Origin: Sporomusaceae bacterium
GTDB lineage: Bacteria; Bacillota; Negativicutes; UBA1444
DNA: 64,000 nt
NCBI GenBank assembly: GCA_018434355.1
Contig: JAHDPL010000020.1
Location: forward strand, 182,255 to 246,254
Reading direction: 5' to 3'
The notes under the pieces were generated by a model that searched no databases, had not been told where the DNA came from, and worked only from the letters and a program-made list of their open reading frames with translations. Positions 28,216 through 38,475 of this stretch are shown here, one piece after another. How positions within the stretch are numbered: the first letter of the stretch is position 1; every line of letters starts with the position of its first letter. Both the position numbers and the translations under genes were made by a program.

Positions 28216-30062
28216 TGAAGTCCTCTCCTTTCCAGTTCGGCTTCCGCCCAGTTCACGCAGGCTTTGGGATCGCTGCCGGGGCCGAAGAAAGCATCGACGC
28301 CCAAGAAATCGGTCCCTTCCTGCTTCATCTTGGTTTCATAGAACGCATGCTCTTCTTCTTTTTCCGCCACGCGACCGCCAGCCATCAAAATCACGTCGTC
28401 GCGCAGGCCAAGTTCTTTAAGTCGTTGATCCACCCGCGGGAATAACACCATACCCATGCCGAGCAAGTTGCTGATCCCGATCATGTCGGCTTTTGCTTCA
28501 GCGGCGACTTCAGCCACCGTTTCCGGCAAATTCATCCCGCGCAGGTAAATGACTTCAAAGCCGGACTTTTCAAATGCTTCTTTAATGATATTGACTCCCA
28601 TCACATGAGCGTCTGCGCCGACTGTTGCCAAGACCAGCTTGTTTTTCTTGGTCGGTTTCTCGACTTTCGGCACTTCGACAGCCTCTTGGGTAACGGCGAC
28701 TTTGGTTTCATCGACGCCGAGCGGCGTGAATCCCGGCACATAGCGCTTGATTCCGTCCTTGTCGCGATGTGTCAGCACATGCCGCTTCAGGTCCCAACCG
28801 CCGGCCCGCGGGCAGTCGAGCACTCCCGCCTTGCCTGCCGTCACAACCTTATTCACCAAATCGTCCACACCATATTGCCGCCAGAACTTCTCGTTTATTT
28901 CATCCGGGGCCAGACTGCGCTCGAACTGCAACGTGCTTTTCAACACCGCCATCGCTTCGTCGAGGATTTCGTTTTTGCGCACTTCGATATATGGGTCTTG
29001 GATGTCGATCTGTACCGTGTTTTCAAACACATTGTGCGTCGCCCAGATTGCTTTGGCCATCGAGCCGCCGGTCGGGATCCCCACCGATTCGGCCGCTTTC
29101 GGTCGATAGAAATTGGCTTTGCCGAGTTTGGCGCTAATCGCCATCCTGGCAAAATGACCGGCTTCGGCAATCAGGTCAGGCGGCGGATTCTGGAAGGTTT
29201 CCGGCACGACAATCAGGCTCTTGCTCCACATCGTTTCGCGGAATGCTTTCATCACCGCCAGGTCGGCCAGTAAATTGTAGCCGGCCACATTCATCTGCAG
29301 CGCACTCAATTCCTTTGGCAGTCCGGACAGCACGCCCAGTCCTTCAGCCAATAAGCACATCGCCAGACCCATGCCGTCGGTGCCGCCGATATTATTCAAG
29401 TGCTTGTGCGATTCGATCTGGACAAACATTTTGTTTTCGGCGCAGATTTCCAACGCCTTGAATCCATTGACCACTTTGGTCTTGTAATCATGGATGCCGC
29501 GACCACCAAAGTGCACATGGATGACCGGACCGATATCCGTACCATCAAAACCGGCGATCAAAGCGTTAATAATCGACAGGTGCGGCGTGTCGCCGGTTGC
29601 GTTGATCCGCATCGGATGTACTGAACCGCCGCCTAGTTCAACTAATTTGCGCTCGCCCATCGGAGTGATGCCGCCCTTGCCTCGCGACTGCTCAATCAGC
29701 TCCCGGCCGGCCAGCGGGTCGATATGGCGGGTTGCTTCGGAGTGGACAAAATGAAAGATCTTGGTGCCGAGTTTTTCGGCCATCTCATACATTTCGCAAG
29801 ACTCTTTGTAGGTTTCTTCGGCAGTCAACCGACCAAGAATCGGGTTCTGGATCGGTATGCCCGTCTCTACCGCCTGCTGGCCCAGTTCGTAAATCCGGTA
29901 GCCGCTGCGGGTAACGCCGCAAACTTCGCGCGGATACGGCGCCGGCAATCCGTCAATCGAACCGTCTTTGCCCACTTTCGGCATCGGTGCGCTGAACGCT
30001 TCTTCATAGGCCGCTACCCGGTCATAATCCTCAACAATAATCTGCTTTGTTCTTTCTTGCAT
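28212..30062 (-). CDS. mgm: Coenzyme-B12-dependent 2-methyleneglutarate mutase (GlmE-like TIM-barrel domain fused to a C-terminal B12-binding domain)
   Basis: 616 aa. The N-terminal ~480 aa are like the glutamate-mutase E subunit. The C-terminal ~130 aa form a Rossmann-like B12-binding domain with DxHxxG ([10 protein letters not shown]). Confidence 0.75.
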   Translation of the reverse strand: MQERTKQIIVEDYDRVAAYEEAFSAPMPKVGKDGSIDGLPAPYPREVCGVTRSGYRIYELGQQAVETGIPIQNPILGRLTAEETYKESCEMYEMAEKLGTKIFHFVHSEATRHIDPLAGRELIEQSRGKGGITPMGERKLVELGGGSVHPMRINATGDTPHLSIINALIAGFDGTDIGPVIHVHFGGRGIHDYKTKVVNGFKALEICAENKMFVQIESHKHLNNIGGTDGMGLAMCLLAEGLGVLSGLPKELSALQMNVAGYNLLADLAVMKAFRETMWSKSLIVVPETFQNPPPDLIAEAGHFARMAISAKLGKANFYRPKAAESVGIPTGGSMAKAIWATHNVFENTVQIDIQDPYIEVRKNEILDEAMAVLKSTLQFERSLAPDEINEKFWRQYGVDDLVNKVVTAGKAGVLDCPRAGGWDLKRHVLTHRDKDGIKRYVPGFTPLGVDETKVAVTQEAVEVPKVEKPTKKNKLVLATVGADAHVMGVNIIKEAFEKSGFEVIYLRGMNLPETVAEVAAEAKADMIGISNLLGMGMVLFPRVDQRLKELGLRDDVILMAGGRVAEKEEEHAFYETKMKQEGTDFLGVDAFFGPGSDPKACVNWAEAELERRGLQ

Positions 30063-30568
30063 TATGATTTCCTCCCGCTGCTAATGTTCAGTTCCTGACG
30101 AACCCGATTAATCAGACCGCCCGCTCGAATCGTCGCCAGAACGTTTTCCGACAACGGCTGTCCGTTTAACACACCGGTCGCAGTATGAATCTCGCCTGTT
30201 TCCAGGTCTACGCTCACGACTTCGCCATTCTGCAGTTTTGCGCCGACATCCGCCAACATCACCGGCAAACCGATATTGATCGAATTGCGCCGGAAAATCC
30301 GCGCGAACGAGTTGGCGATAATCATGCCGACCCCGGCGCTTTTCAGCGCAACCGGCGCTTGCTCGCGACTAGATCCGCAACCGAAGTTCTTGCCGGCCAC
30401 GATGATGTCCCCCGCTTGAACCTGTTTGGCAAAATCGGCAACCTTGCTGCCGGCCATGGCAAATGCAGCCAGTTTGGAAGCATCTTCGGCCATGGCATAT
30501 CCCGGCAGGATCTGATCGGTATCGACATTGTCGTCAAAAATCCATACCCTTCCCTGTAGCTTGTCCAT
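30062..30568 (-). CDS. dmdB: Aconitase-family dehydratase small subunit (LeuD-like), paralog 2; candidate dimethylmalate dehydratase small subunit
   Basis: The true start is [23 protein letters not shown] (the track's N-terminal extension is arginine-rich junk). Contains [12 protein letters not shown]. Confidence 0.8.
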   Translation of the reverse strand: MDKLQGRVWIFDDNVDTDQILPGYAMAEDASKLAAFAMAGSKVADFAKQVQAGDIIVAGKNFGCGSSREQAPVALKSAGVGMIIANSFARIFRRNSINIGLPVMLADVGAKLQNGEVVSVDLETGEIHTATGVLNGQPLSENVLATIRAGGLINRVRQELNISSGRKS

Positions 30569-30569
30569 T

Positions 30570-31772
30570 TCAGCCCACCTCCCGCTGCAAAGTGCCCGGC
30601 GTCGTAATTTTGCCGACCACAGCCGATTCCGCCGCCGTCGCAGGCGAGGCAAGATAAAGTTTCGCTGCGCGATGACCCATGCGACCAGGGAAGTTGCGGT
30701 TCGTCGTGGTAACTATCGTGTCGCGTTCTGTGCCCAGTCCCTGATGCGCGCCAAAACAGGGGCCGCAACCGGGATTGGCGACTACGGCGCCGGCGTCGCG
30801 CAAAATCTTGGTCCAGCCGCGTTCTTCCATCGCATCCAGCACCTGCTTTGACGCCGGGATGATCAGGCAGTTAACGTCCGGGTGAACTTTGTGACTACGC
30901 AGGACATTGACGACCTTTTCCATGTCGTTCAAACGACCATTGGTGCAACTGCCCACCACGACCTGGGTAACGGCAATGTCGCCAAGTTCGGCCACCGGTC
31001 GGACATTGGCCGGCGAAAATGGACAGGCAGCCATCGGTTCAATTTGAGTCAGATCGAGCGGGATTGAAGCTGCCACTCCTTCTTCCTTGGCTTCGCCGCC
31101 GAAGCAGGCAATCATCGCGCCCATTTCAATTCCCATGTTACAGACCGTCATCCGTTCTTCCACCGGCAACTGGGCAATACCAGGTCCGGTGAACAGCACC
31201 GCCTTGTCGGTCAGGCCATCGACGCCGAACTGCCGCATCAACGACAGCACGATATCCTTACCGCTGACATAAGGCCGCAATTCGCCAGTCATAAAGACTT
31301 CAATCGTCTCCGGAACTTCCAGGTCGATCGTACCGGTGGCCATCGCCGCCGCCAGTTCGGTTGATCCGACCGGAATCGCAATCACGCCATAGCCTCCAGC
31401 CGTACAGGTGTGCGAGTCGGCTCCGACCAAAATCTGTCCCGGTTGCAGCCGATGCCGCTCCGAAATCAGCTGATGACAGACGCCTTCACTTTTACTGTAC
31501 AGCGTGACGCCGTACTTGGCAGCAAAATCCTTCATGATCCAGTGCGAAGTCCGGGCCTGCACCGTCGCCGCCGGGAAAATATGGTCAATCACCAGCACCA
31601 CCTTGGCCGGGTCAAATACCCGATCGACGCCGATTTGTTCAAATTGTTGGATGGCAATCGGCGCCGTGACGTCGTGGCTTAATGCCAAGTCGACTCGGCA
31701 GCGCACATCCTGCCCTACGGTTACGGTTAGCAGTCCGGCTGCCTCAGCCAAAGACCGTTCAACAAAATTCAT
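30570..31772 (-). CDS. dmdA: Aconitase-family dehydratase large subunit (LeuC-like, 400 aa), paralog 2; candidate dimethylmalate dehydratase large subunit
   Basis: Contains GADSHTCTAGGYG, CNMGIEMGA and GCGPCFGAHQG Fe-S ligand motifs. Its stop lies 1 nt before the small-subunit start. Confidence 0.8.
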   Translation of the reverse strand: MNFVERSLAEAAGLLTVTVGQDVRCRVDLALSHDVTAPIAIQQFEQIGVDRVFDPAKVVLVIDHIFPAATVQARTSHWIMKDFAAKYGVTLYSKSEGVCHQLISERHRLQPGQILVGADSHTCTAGGYGVIAIPVGSTELAAAMATGTIDLEVPETIEVFMTGELRPYVSGKDIVLSLMRQFGVDGLTDKAVLFTGPGIAQLPVEERMTVCNMGIEMGAMIACFGGEAKEEGVAASIPLDLTQIEPMAACPFSPANVRPVAELGDIAVTQVVVGSCTNGRLNDMEKVVNVLRSHKVHPDVNCLIIPASKQVLDAMEERGWTKILRDAGAVVANPGCGPCFGAHQGLGTERDTIVTTTNRNFPGRMGHRAAKLYLASPATAAESAVVGKITTPGTLQREVG

Positions 31773-31790
31773 CTTCCCACCCCTGCCCGA

Positions 31791-33221
31791 CTAATCTACG
31801 ACTTCGATCTGCAACCGTTTGGCAACTGCCAGTGCTTCTTCCCGGCTGGGAATCGCGCTCTTCAGTGCCAACCTGCCGCCGCCGCGATTGTGCGCCGCCA
31901 CCTGGACCACACCGCCGGCGGCTTCAATCGTCACCCGTTGCATCTGCGGCTCATCCACCTGCAGGATTTCGACTTCAATTCCGGCCGCTTCGGCCATCTG
32001 CATCACATCGCGGTAAAGTTTGCTGTTATCCGTGCCGGCGCCGTACAAAGCCGCCATCAGGATTCCCGGCACGTTGATGCCCCGACGGGCGAACAGTTCC
32101 GGGTATAGCTCAATTTTCACCTTTTTGATTTCGCCCTGCGTCAGGAAGTGGGCGATACGGCCGGTATTGGTAGGCGAACCGACCGCCTGGCTGCTACCGC
32201 CGACTACCGCTTCGCCAAACGGTTTGATAATCGAATTGGCACGACGAGCCAGGTCCTTTGCCTCGCCGATCGCCTGCGACACGATTGTCTCGATCCGGGC
32301 CTTTTCTTCATGTTTGATTGCATCGCCGATATAGGATTCGACCGCCTGGTTCGTTTTAAAGAAAGGCTCCATGTATTGTATGACTGTCGGCACGATCGCT
32401 TTGGCAGAAACCGGATGCACCGCCGCCGCCATCGCCACCATTACATCGACCGGCACCGTCACCGGGATTGAAGTATGCATTGCCAGCTGAGCCGCTAGTT
32501 TGCCGATCATCACGCCGCCACCGATATGTGTGGCGCAAAGTCCAGCCACCATCACCCGCGGTGTACAGGGGTTGCCGATTGTCGGCGACAGGGCCAGCAC
32601 AATTGCTTTGCGCATCGCCTCCGGCGTACCGCCGGCCAGTTCGGTAAATGCCGCCGCCGAGGCCGCCGCTCCAGCTCCAAAACCTTCCATGTTGCAGCCG
32701 GTGGTCGTCTTGCCCACCCGGAATATCGTGCCAATCTTCAACATGACCGCCGCCACGCGGGCCACCAGTTCTCGGTCATCGCCAAACTCGTCCTGCATCG
32801 CCCGGACAAATCCGGTATAGGTGCAGGAATCGCCAGTGCCTGCGCATGGCTCCAGACCGACCGAATGGTTGCCGACCTGCGCGCTCAGCGTATAAGCCAA
32901 TACCTTGTTTAGAAAGGAATCTTCAACAATCCTGGCAGATTGATCGCCTACCAATTCTTTGCCGGCAGTTCCCATCAGAAAACTGGAGCCGCTGGTATGG
33001 CCGATTTCCACCGCACACAGGTTATGGGCAAAAGACGCCAGAACAGCGGACATGACCTCTTCGCGAGTCATCTGGTTCACTGCCATCGCTTCCGCCACGA
33101 CAATATCGCTGACTTTCAAGTCCGCCGCCTGCGCCAATCCGATACAGTCGCCGATTGTCAGCTGACCAGGCTTCAGGCCCTGTTTTTCCATGAGTTCCAG
33201 GACGTCTTTCAAATTCTCCAC
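31791..33221 (-). CDS. hmd: Fe-S L-serine-dehydratase-family protein (fused beta+alpha); candidate 2-(hydroxymethyl)glutarate dehydratase
   Basis: 476 aa. The C-terminal half has Cys-containing Gly-rich loops (TTGCNMEGFGAGAAA, AGLCATHIGGG) like the serine-dehydratase alpha domain. Sits between hgd and dmdA in the nicotinate-fermentation operon. Confidence 0.6.
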   Translation of the reverse strand: MENLKDVLELMEKQGLKPGQLTIGDCIGLAQAADLKVSDIVVAEAMAVNQMTREEVMSAVLASFAHNLCAVEIGHTSGSSFLMGTAGKELVGDQSARIVEDSFLNKVLAYTLSAQVGNHSVGLEPCAGTGDSCTYTGFVRAMQDEFGDDRELVARVAAVMLKIGTIFRVGKTTTGCNMEGFGAGAAASAAAFTELAGGTPEAMRKAIVLALSPTIGNPCTPRVMVAGLCATHIGGGVMIGKLAAQLAMHTSIPVTVPVDVMVAMAAAVHPVSAKAIVPTVIQYMEPFFKTNQAVESYIGDAIKHEEKARIETIVSQAIGEAKDLARRANSIIKPFGEAVVGGSSQAVGSPTNTGRIAHFLTQGEIKKVKIELYPELFARRGINVPGILMAALYGAGTDNSKLYRDVMQMAEAAGIEVEILQVDEPQMQRVTIEAAGGVVQVAAHNRGGGRLALKSAIPSREEALAVAKRLQIEVVD

Positions 33222-33222
33222 C

Positions 33223-34122
33223 TCATTTATTCTCTTCGGCCCGCACTTCCACGCCGGCCATTTCTTCCCACAGTTTGATCACGGCCGAAATATCTTCTCT
33301 ACCATACCCTTTGGCCCGGGCCATTTCAAAAATCTGCTGGGCCAAGGTCGCCATCGGTAATGGAATTGACAGGCTCTTCGCCGTCTCTGTCGCCAGTTCG
33401 AGGTCTTTATACTGTAAGTCAATCGCAAAACCAGCCGCGAACTGATTCTTCAGAATAAAATTGGCCGTTTTGGCTTCCAGCGCATAACTGTTGCCGGAAC
33501 TGCCCTTGATGATTTCCAGCATCATTTGCGGGTCGAGTCCCGATTTTACTCCCAGCACCAGTGCTTCCGCCACTGCCGCCATATTCGCGCCAAGCAGCAG
33601 ATTGTTGACCGCCTTCATTGCGTCGCCGGCGCCGACTCCGCCGACATGGTGGATTTTTTTGCCCATACATTGCAGTATCGGTTCAACCCGTTTAACATTT
33701 TCCAGTTCGCCGCCAACCATGATCGTCAAGGTTCCTGCCGCTGCGCCAACCACGCCGCCGCTGACCGGCGCATCAACATAGCCGATGCCTTTGGCCGCAG
33801 CCAGTTTAGCCATTTGCCGGGTACTGCCGGCTGCAACGCTGCTCATATCGATGATAACCTGTCCGGCGTTCCCGCCCGCCAGCAGTCCTGTCTCGCCGGT
33901 CAGCGTCGCTTCTACGATTTTGGAGTTGGGCAGCATGGTGATGATGGCTTCCGCCGCTTGCGCCAATTCTTTCGGCGACTGACATGCTTTCGCCCCTTGC
34001 GCCACCATATCGGCTACCGCTGCGGCGACAACGTCAAACACATATAAATCATGTCCGGCTTTTAACAGGTTGAGCGCCATCGGTTTTCCCATCGCGCCGA
34101 TTCCGATAAATCCTATTCGCAC
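33223..34122 (-). CDS. hgd: 3-hydroxyisobutyrate-dehydrogenase-family NAD(P) oxidoreductase; candidate 2-(hydroxymethyl)glutarate dehydrogenase
   Basis: GTG start after a ggggaggga RBS. The Rossmann N-terminus is IGFIGIGAMGKPMALNL, with beta-hydroxyacid dehydrogenase catalytic Lys context. Confidence 0.75.
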   Translation of the reverse strand: MRIGFIGIGAMGKPMALNLLKAGHDLYVFDVVAAAVADMVAQGAKACQSPKELAQAAEAIITMLPNSKIVEATLTGETGLLAGGNAGQVIIDMSSVAAGSTRQMAKLAAAKGIGYVDAPVSGGVVGAAAGTLTIMVGGELENVKRVEPILQCMGKKIHHVGGVGAGDAMKAVNNLLLGANMAAVAEALVLGVKSGLDPQMMLEIIKGSSGNSYALEAKTANFILKNQFAAGFAIDLQYKDLELATETAKSLSIPLPMATLAQQIFEMARAKGYGREDISAVIKLWEEMAGVEVRAEENK

Positions 34123-34261
34123 CCGATTCCCTCCCCAAAATTGATGTGAACAAGGAGGCGCCTATCGCGGTCGCCTCCGAGCGGACTGCCATAGTCCGAC
34201 TTGTTCTCCATCATTATTCTTATTACAAACTGTTGATGAATCGTCTACTCAGAAAACTGGG

Positions 34262-34840
34262 TCAGCGTTGTCCGTCTTCGCCTTTGATTTCGTGTTTTTG
34301 CAAACCGCCAATTCGGGGATGCGGGCGTCCGCCGGAAGTCACGACCACCGAAACCACAATCTCGTCGGCTTTCGGGGCATCATGCATCCGCACTTCCATC
34401 GCATCATAGTGCGAACGGACAAATGCAGCGTCTTTAAAATGAACCGGTACATCAAGCGGAGTTCCTGGTCCGCCAAGCTTCTTCGCCGAAGGAATGATCG
34501 CCTTGCCGCCATTCACTGCATCGCGCATCGGTTTGCCAAGTTTGGGATGCAGAATGGCTGCGCCGTGTTCCAGCTCGCCGTCAACACCAATAATTGCTCC
34601 CTTGCCGTAGCTTTCCGCTTCCGCCGGAGCGATTCCCATTGCTTCCACCGCTTTCTGCGCCAGGAAGCCGCCCAGATACTCTCCGACATCGGTTAGTTCG
34701 CTCAAGTCTTCCACATAGCGCCCGGCAAACGGGTTCTTTATCACGGCGGATGCCGAGCATTTCTTGATTGGTTTTTCCAGAGATTTCTGTCCGTCGGCCC
34801 GAACCTCTTCGACAACAACCACTACTTTTCTGATTTCCAT
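34262..34840 (-). CDS. Conserved hypothetical protein (about 190 aa; resembles the DUF1185 'amino-acid synthesis' family) embedded in the nicotinate-fermentation operon
   Basis: Good aagggggaag RBS, non-repetitive globular composition, and co-directional with hgd (downstream) and the ApbE-like gene (upstream). Confidence 0.5.
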   Translation of the reverse strand: MEIRKVVVVVEEVRADGQKSLEKPIKKCSASAVIKNPFAGRYVEDLSELTDVGEYLGGFLAQKAVEAMGIAPAEAESYGKGAIIGVDGELEHGAAILHPKLGKPMRDAVNGGKAIIPSAKKLGGPGTPLDVPVHFKDAAFVRSHYDAMEVRMHDAPKADEIVVSVVVTSGGRPHPRIGGLQKHEIKGEDGQR

Positions 34841-34883
34841 TTTACTTCCCCCTTATTTGTTGACATTGCACTTGCACATCCAT

Positions 34884-35723
34884 TTAACTAAACAACGTTT
34901 CCGGATACGACCGGTTCGCCCCTTGCAGATGCAGTGTTGCGCCCTTGATGATCCGCTTGTCCACGTTGTCGCGCAATCTGGTCATCACCTGCTGCATGCT
35001 TTGCTGCACTTCCTGCGGCGTCAGTCTGCCGACTGACTCGGTCACCATCAGCTCGGGGATGTCCGTTTCCGGATCAATCAAACGGGCTAAACCACGAACA
35101 ACCGCCGAACTATCGATATAACTGGCGTTTGCCAGTGAAGTGGCGAACGCGTCGGCAATAGCGCATGATTTTGCCAACACCGTCACCGATTCCATGACGC
35201 CGCAGGTAAAACTGCGACCGCCCAAGCCGCTGGTGGCGATTCCGCCGATTCCGTCACCGGACGAAAGCTGAACCAGTTTGCTGAATCCTTCACCGCCAAT
35301 TTCCGGCATTACCCCGACTTTTGTCGTTTCTTCCGCCAGCAGGCGGATGGCGACATCGCCGCCATTATTCACCAGCACTTTGGTTGCCCCTTGTTGTTGC
35401 AACCAATCGGCGACCTTGTCGGCAAACGCGCCGGCCACTGCCGCCATCGGCGTCAATTCCTTGTCTGTGGTGGCTTGCACCGCCTGCCACATCGTAACGG
35501 CGACCCCGGATAGTTCTCCCGGTTCGCATTGGGTCCAGCTCCGTTTCAGAAACTTCAGCTGCGGCCCCAGTTCAGTCAGGCAATCAACCGCTATCTGACT
35601 CGCATCGCGACACAACTCAGTCAGCGGCTCACCATCCCGTGATGCGGCAATCACCATCGATATCGGTCCGTAGTCCAAAAACAGCTTGCCTGGACCCACT
35701 TCGGTCAACCACTGCGAATCCAC
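34884..35723 (-). CDS. ApbE-superfamily (UPF0280-like) protein; candidate flavin transferase/maturase
   Basis: The track ORF overlaps hnr by 123 nt and was trimmed to the GTG 8 nt after the hnr stop, preceded by a GGGAGA RBS. An alternative ATG lies at 35657. Contains GIATSGLGG and AIADAFATSLAN, which resemble the ApbE ATSG and ADAxATA signatures. Confidence 0.5.
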   Translation of the reverse strand: MDSQWLTEVGPGKLFLDYGPISMVIAASRDGEPLTELCRDASQIAVDCLTELGPQLKFLKRSWTQCEPGELSGVAVTMWQAVQATTDKELTPMAAVAGAFADKVADWLQQQGATKVLVNNGGDVAIRLLAEETTKVGVMPEIGGEGFSKLVQLSSGDGIGGIATSGLGGRSFTCGVMESVTVLAKSCAIADAFATSLANASYIDSSAVVRGLARLIDPETDIPELMVTESVGRLTPQEVQQSMQQVMTRLRDNVDKRIIKGATLHLQGANRSYPETLFS

Positions 35724-35728
35724 CGGGA

Positions 35729-37222
35729 TTATGCTTTCTCCCTTATTTGATCCACGGTTCTGATCTGACTCATATGGCCACCGATTGCCTCGTAATCGGA
35801 TTTTCGCAGCGTGTATTCCACCGGCGCCACCGTTGCCGGGGTCGGCACCCAAGTAAACGCTTTGGAAACGACTTTTTCCGCATCAACCATGAAATTGATG
35901 CCGCCGCCTGGCAGCACATAGGTCGGTGCGCCGCCAATCGTCAGGTTTACTATGCCGGCGTGAACCGCCCGCGTCAACGCCAACGGCTGGGTCGTAACCC
36001 CTGCCCGTGCGCTACCGCCGGTCCCGCCGGTGTAAATCACCGAAACCCTTGACTCTTCACAGTTGTCGGCAATCCGGTTCACCAGACGTTTTACCGGATC
36101 GCTCATTTCCAGCGAAGCCACAGTTCCGTCCGGCTGCACTTCAAACAATGCCGCTTTTTGTCCGGTAGTTTCCGTGACCAGTATTTTCATCCCCGCTTTG
36201 GCAATTGTCATATCGACCGATTTAATTGCTTCGATCGGGTGCTCGATATGAGTGCCGCCCCAGCCATGACCGTGTTCGCCAAAGTAGCGACTGCGGGTGC
36301 TCTTGCGGGCGTTTGGCACAACCCCGCTCCAGCTCATGCCGACTTCCGCGCCGGCCAAATGCTCCGAAAACAATCCGACAACATGGTGATCCAGTATAAT
36401 CGCTTCATCCACCACACCGACGAAATCCTTGGCAAACAGGCCGATTGTCGCACTGCCGCAGCCGACCCGCATCTTGGTGTCGGCAACGCCATTGATCACC
36501 GGCCGTTCTCCAGCCTGCAGTTCCAGTGTCGCGCCGTCCACCACCGTCAACTTGACTTTTTCGCCGTTGGCAAAGTCGACGATGGTACGGGCCACGATAA
36601 ATCCATCAGCGCCGGTCAACAAATTGGCTCCGCCGATGGAAAGCATCTTCGAGCCATATTCCTCGGTATCGACCATGCCGACAACCTTGCCGTCTCGCTT
36701 GATTTTTGCCCCTTCGGCGCCGATATGGTAATTGGTGTCGATTTTGACCTTAACGCCGCTATAGCTGAGCGGCGCTTCAGTCACAACAGTCACGACCTCA
36801 ACCCCGTCGACGACGCCGGAGACAATGTGCGGCGCCGGTTTGCAGCAAGGATAGGCTGTTCCGGCCCCTGCCGCCGTAATCAAAGGTTGGGCAATCGTGC
36901 CGTCAGATTTTTGACCAACGTAGTCGATCACCAACGCGCGATTACGAACAAGTTTTCCCTGACGGTTTTCATAACGGCGGCATGCGCCGGTAAATCCGTC
37001 CTGGATTTCACACTGCACCGGACAGGAACTGCATTTGATCGTGCCGGTTGCCTGTTCGGAGCGGGAAATCGCCTGAAATTTACAAACGCGGATGCAGATA
37101 TTACATTGGACGCAACGATCGCTGGCGACAGCCTTGCGCTCAATGAGGCTCAGCGCGCCGACCGGGCACTCCCGGACGCACATGCCGCAACCGACGCAGG
37201 TCGCGAGATTTATTTTCACCAT
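35729..37222 (-). CDS. hnr: Ferredoxin-domain oxidoreductase; candidate 6-hydroxynicotinate reductase
   Basis: 497 aa. The N-terminus has 2x[4Fe-4S] ferredoxin motifs (CVGCGMCVRECP, CVQCNICIRVC) plus a third Cys cluster (CSSCPVQCE). Sits between enamidase and the ndh genes, as in E. barkeri. Confidence 0.6.
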   Translation of the reverse strand: MVKINLATCVGCGMCVRECPVGALSLIERKAVASDRCVQCNICIRVCKFQAISRSEQATGTIKCSSCPVQCEIQDGFTGACRRYENRQGKLVRNRALVIDYVGQKSDGTIAQPLITAAGAGTAYPCCKPAPHIVSGVVDGVEVVTVVTEAPLSYSGVKVKIDTNYHIGAEGAKIKRDGKVVGMVDTEEYGSKMLSIGGANLLTGADGFIVARTIVDFANGEKVKLTVVDGATLELQAGERPVINGVADTKMRVGCGSATIGLFAKDFVGVVDEAIILDHHVVGLFSEHLAGAEVGMSWSGVVPNARKSTRSRYFGEHGHGWGGTHIEHPIEAIKSVDMTIAKAGMKILVTETTGQKAALFEVQPDGTVASLEMSDPVKRLVNRIADNCEESRVSVIYTGGTGGSARAGVTTQPLALTRAVHAGIVNLTIGGAPTYVLPGGGINFMVDAEKVVSKAFTWVPTPATVAPVEYTLRKSDYEAIGGHMSQIRTVDQIREKA

Positions 37223-37249
37223 AACGGTTCACCTCATTCTTCCGCTCGC

Positions 37250-38407
37250 TTACATTTTGGGGTTGCGCACGGCCGGCGGCGTATTGCGGCTGACCTTCAC
37301 CTTGATTTCTCCGTCGATAATGACCATCGCGACGCCAGGAACATCGCCGGCTTCGATCGCAGTCAACGCATCAGTGCCAATCGAACCCATCGGCGCATCC
37401 ATAATAACAAAATCCGCCTCTTTGCCGACTTCAATCATCGCGGTATTTAGTCCATAAGCTTTTGCTGTATTGCCGGTAGCCATCGCAATGCATTCGGCGG
37501 CGGCAATGCCGGAAACGCTGGAAATTTGGCAGATGTTGCGCAAGATGCCCAGCGGAATAATGCCGGTACCAGAAGGTGAGTCATTGCCAAAAACCAGACG
37601 ACCCAACTGATTCTTCACTTTCAATTGCCGCGCCACATAATCAGCCACTTTAGGATTGCCGCACTGGACAATCTCCAGCATGAAGTCGGTCTCATTAATC
37701 AGTCGGTCCACTTCGGACGGAGCAATCGCCGTAGGTCCGCCATTGATATGCGAAACGACCGTCGGTTTGGTTTTCATTACATCGTCGGCGGTAACGGTAG
37801 AGCTGCCGGGAATCGAGGTCCCGCCGCAGTGCATCTGGACCTTGAAGCCATGCTTTTTGGCCCATTCGACCATCGGCGCAGCATCAGCCGGTTTCTTCAC
37901 GCCGCCCAGACCCACTTCGCCAACCAGCCAAACGCCATTGGCCGCCATTTCAGCAAAATCGGCTTCGGTCAGCCCCGGTTCCAAAATTACTGCTCCAGCA
38001 TGCATCTTGACACCGGACGGGCGCGCATTATAGTACGATTTACTGGCTACAACCGCCAACGCCTTGACGCCTGCGGGATCTTTCGGACGACCGGGAAAAT
38101 GGGCTTCCCCTGCGGAAATCATCGTCGTGACGCCGCCATGTAGAGAACTGTCAATATAATCAAGCGTCTTTTGCCGGGGTGTAAAATCGCCAATCACCGG
38201 ATGCACATGCGAATCAATCAAGCCGGGCGTAACTGTGGCGCCATTGGCGTCAATCACTTTCAGCTCGGGATTTTGCGCAACCAGTTCCGCACCGCCGATA
38301 GCGGCGATTTTTTTGTCAACAACAACGATTGTGTTGCCTGCCAGCACCGGACACTCTATTTTTCCACTTACAATTGTCCCAATATTGGTGATAACCATCG
38401 AGCTCAT
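37250..38407 (-). CDS. ena: Amidohydrolase-superfamily enamidase (1,4,5,6-tetrahydro-6-oxonicotinate hydrolase)
   Basis: The true start is MSSMVITNIGTIVSG after an aagggggaag RBS. Contains TPGLIDSHVHP, MHCGG and VSHINGG metal-ligand motifs of the bimetal amidohydrolase fold. Confidence 0.75.
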   Translation of the reverse strand: MSSMVITNIGTIVSGKIECPVLAGNTIVVVDKKIAAIGGAELVAQNPELKVIDANGATVTPGLIDSHVHPVIGDFTPRQKTLDYIDSSLHGGVTTMISAGEAHFPGRPKDPAGVKALAVVASKSYYNARPSGVKMHAGAVILEPGLTEADFAEMAANGVWLVGEVGLGGVKKPADAAPMVEWAKKHGFKVQMHCGGTSIPGSSTVTADDVMKTKPTVVSHINGGPTAIAPSEVDRLINETDFMLEIVQCGNPKVADYVARQLKVKNQLGRLVFGNDSPSGTGIIPLGILRNICQISSVSGIAAAECIAMATGNTAKAYGLNTAMIEVGKEADFVIMDAPMGSIGTDALTAIEAGDVPGVAMVIIDGEIKVKVSRNTPPAVRNPKM

Positions 38408-38475
38408 CATTTCTTCCCCCTTCGAAGTGTGGGCGGGTCTGTCCCCACAGACCCGCACCATCGCATTGAATTTAA

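Noticed and set aside
28212-30062. The B12 enzyme considered as glutamate mutase (GlmE/GlmS)
   Set aside because: Glutamate mutase has separate E and S subunits and co-occurs with methylaspartase. Here a single 616-aa chain fuses the E-like and B12 domains, and the neighbours are methylitaconate isomerase and dimethylmalate enzymes. That fits 2-methyleneglutarate mutase.
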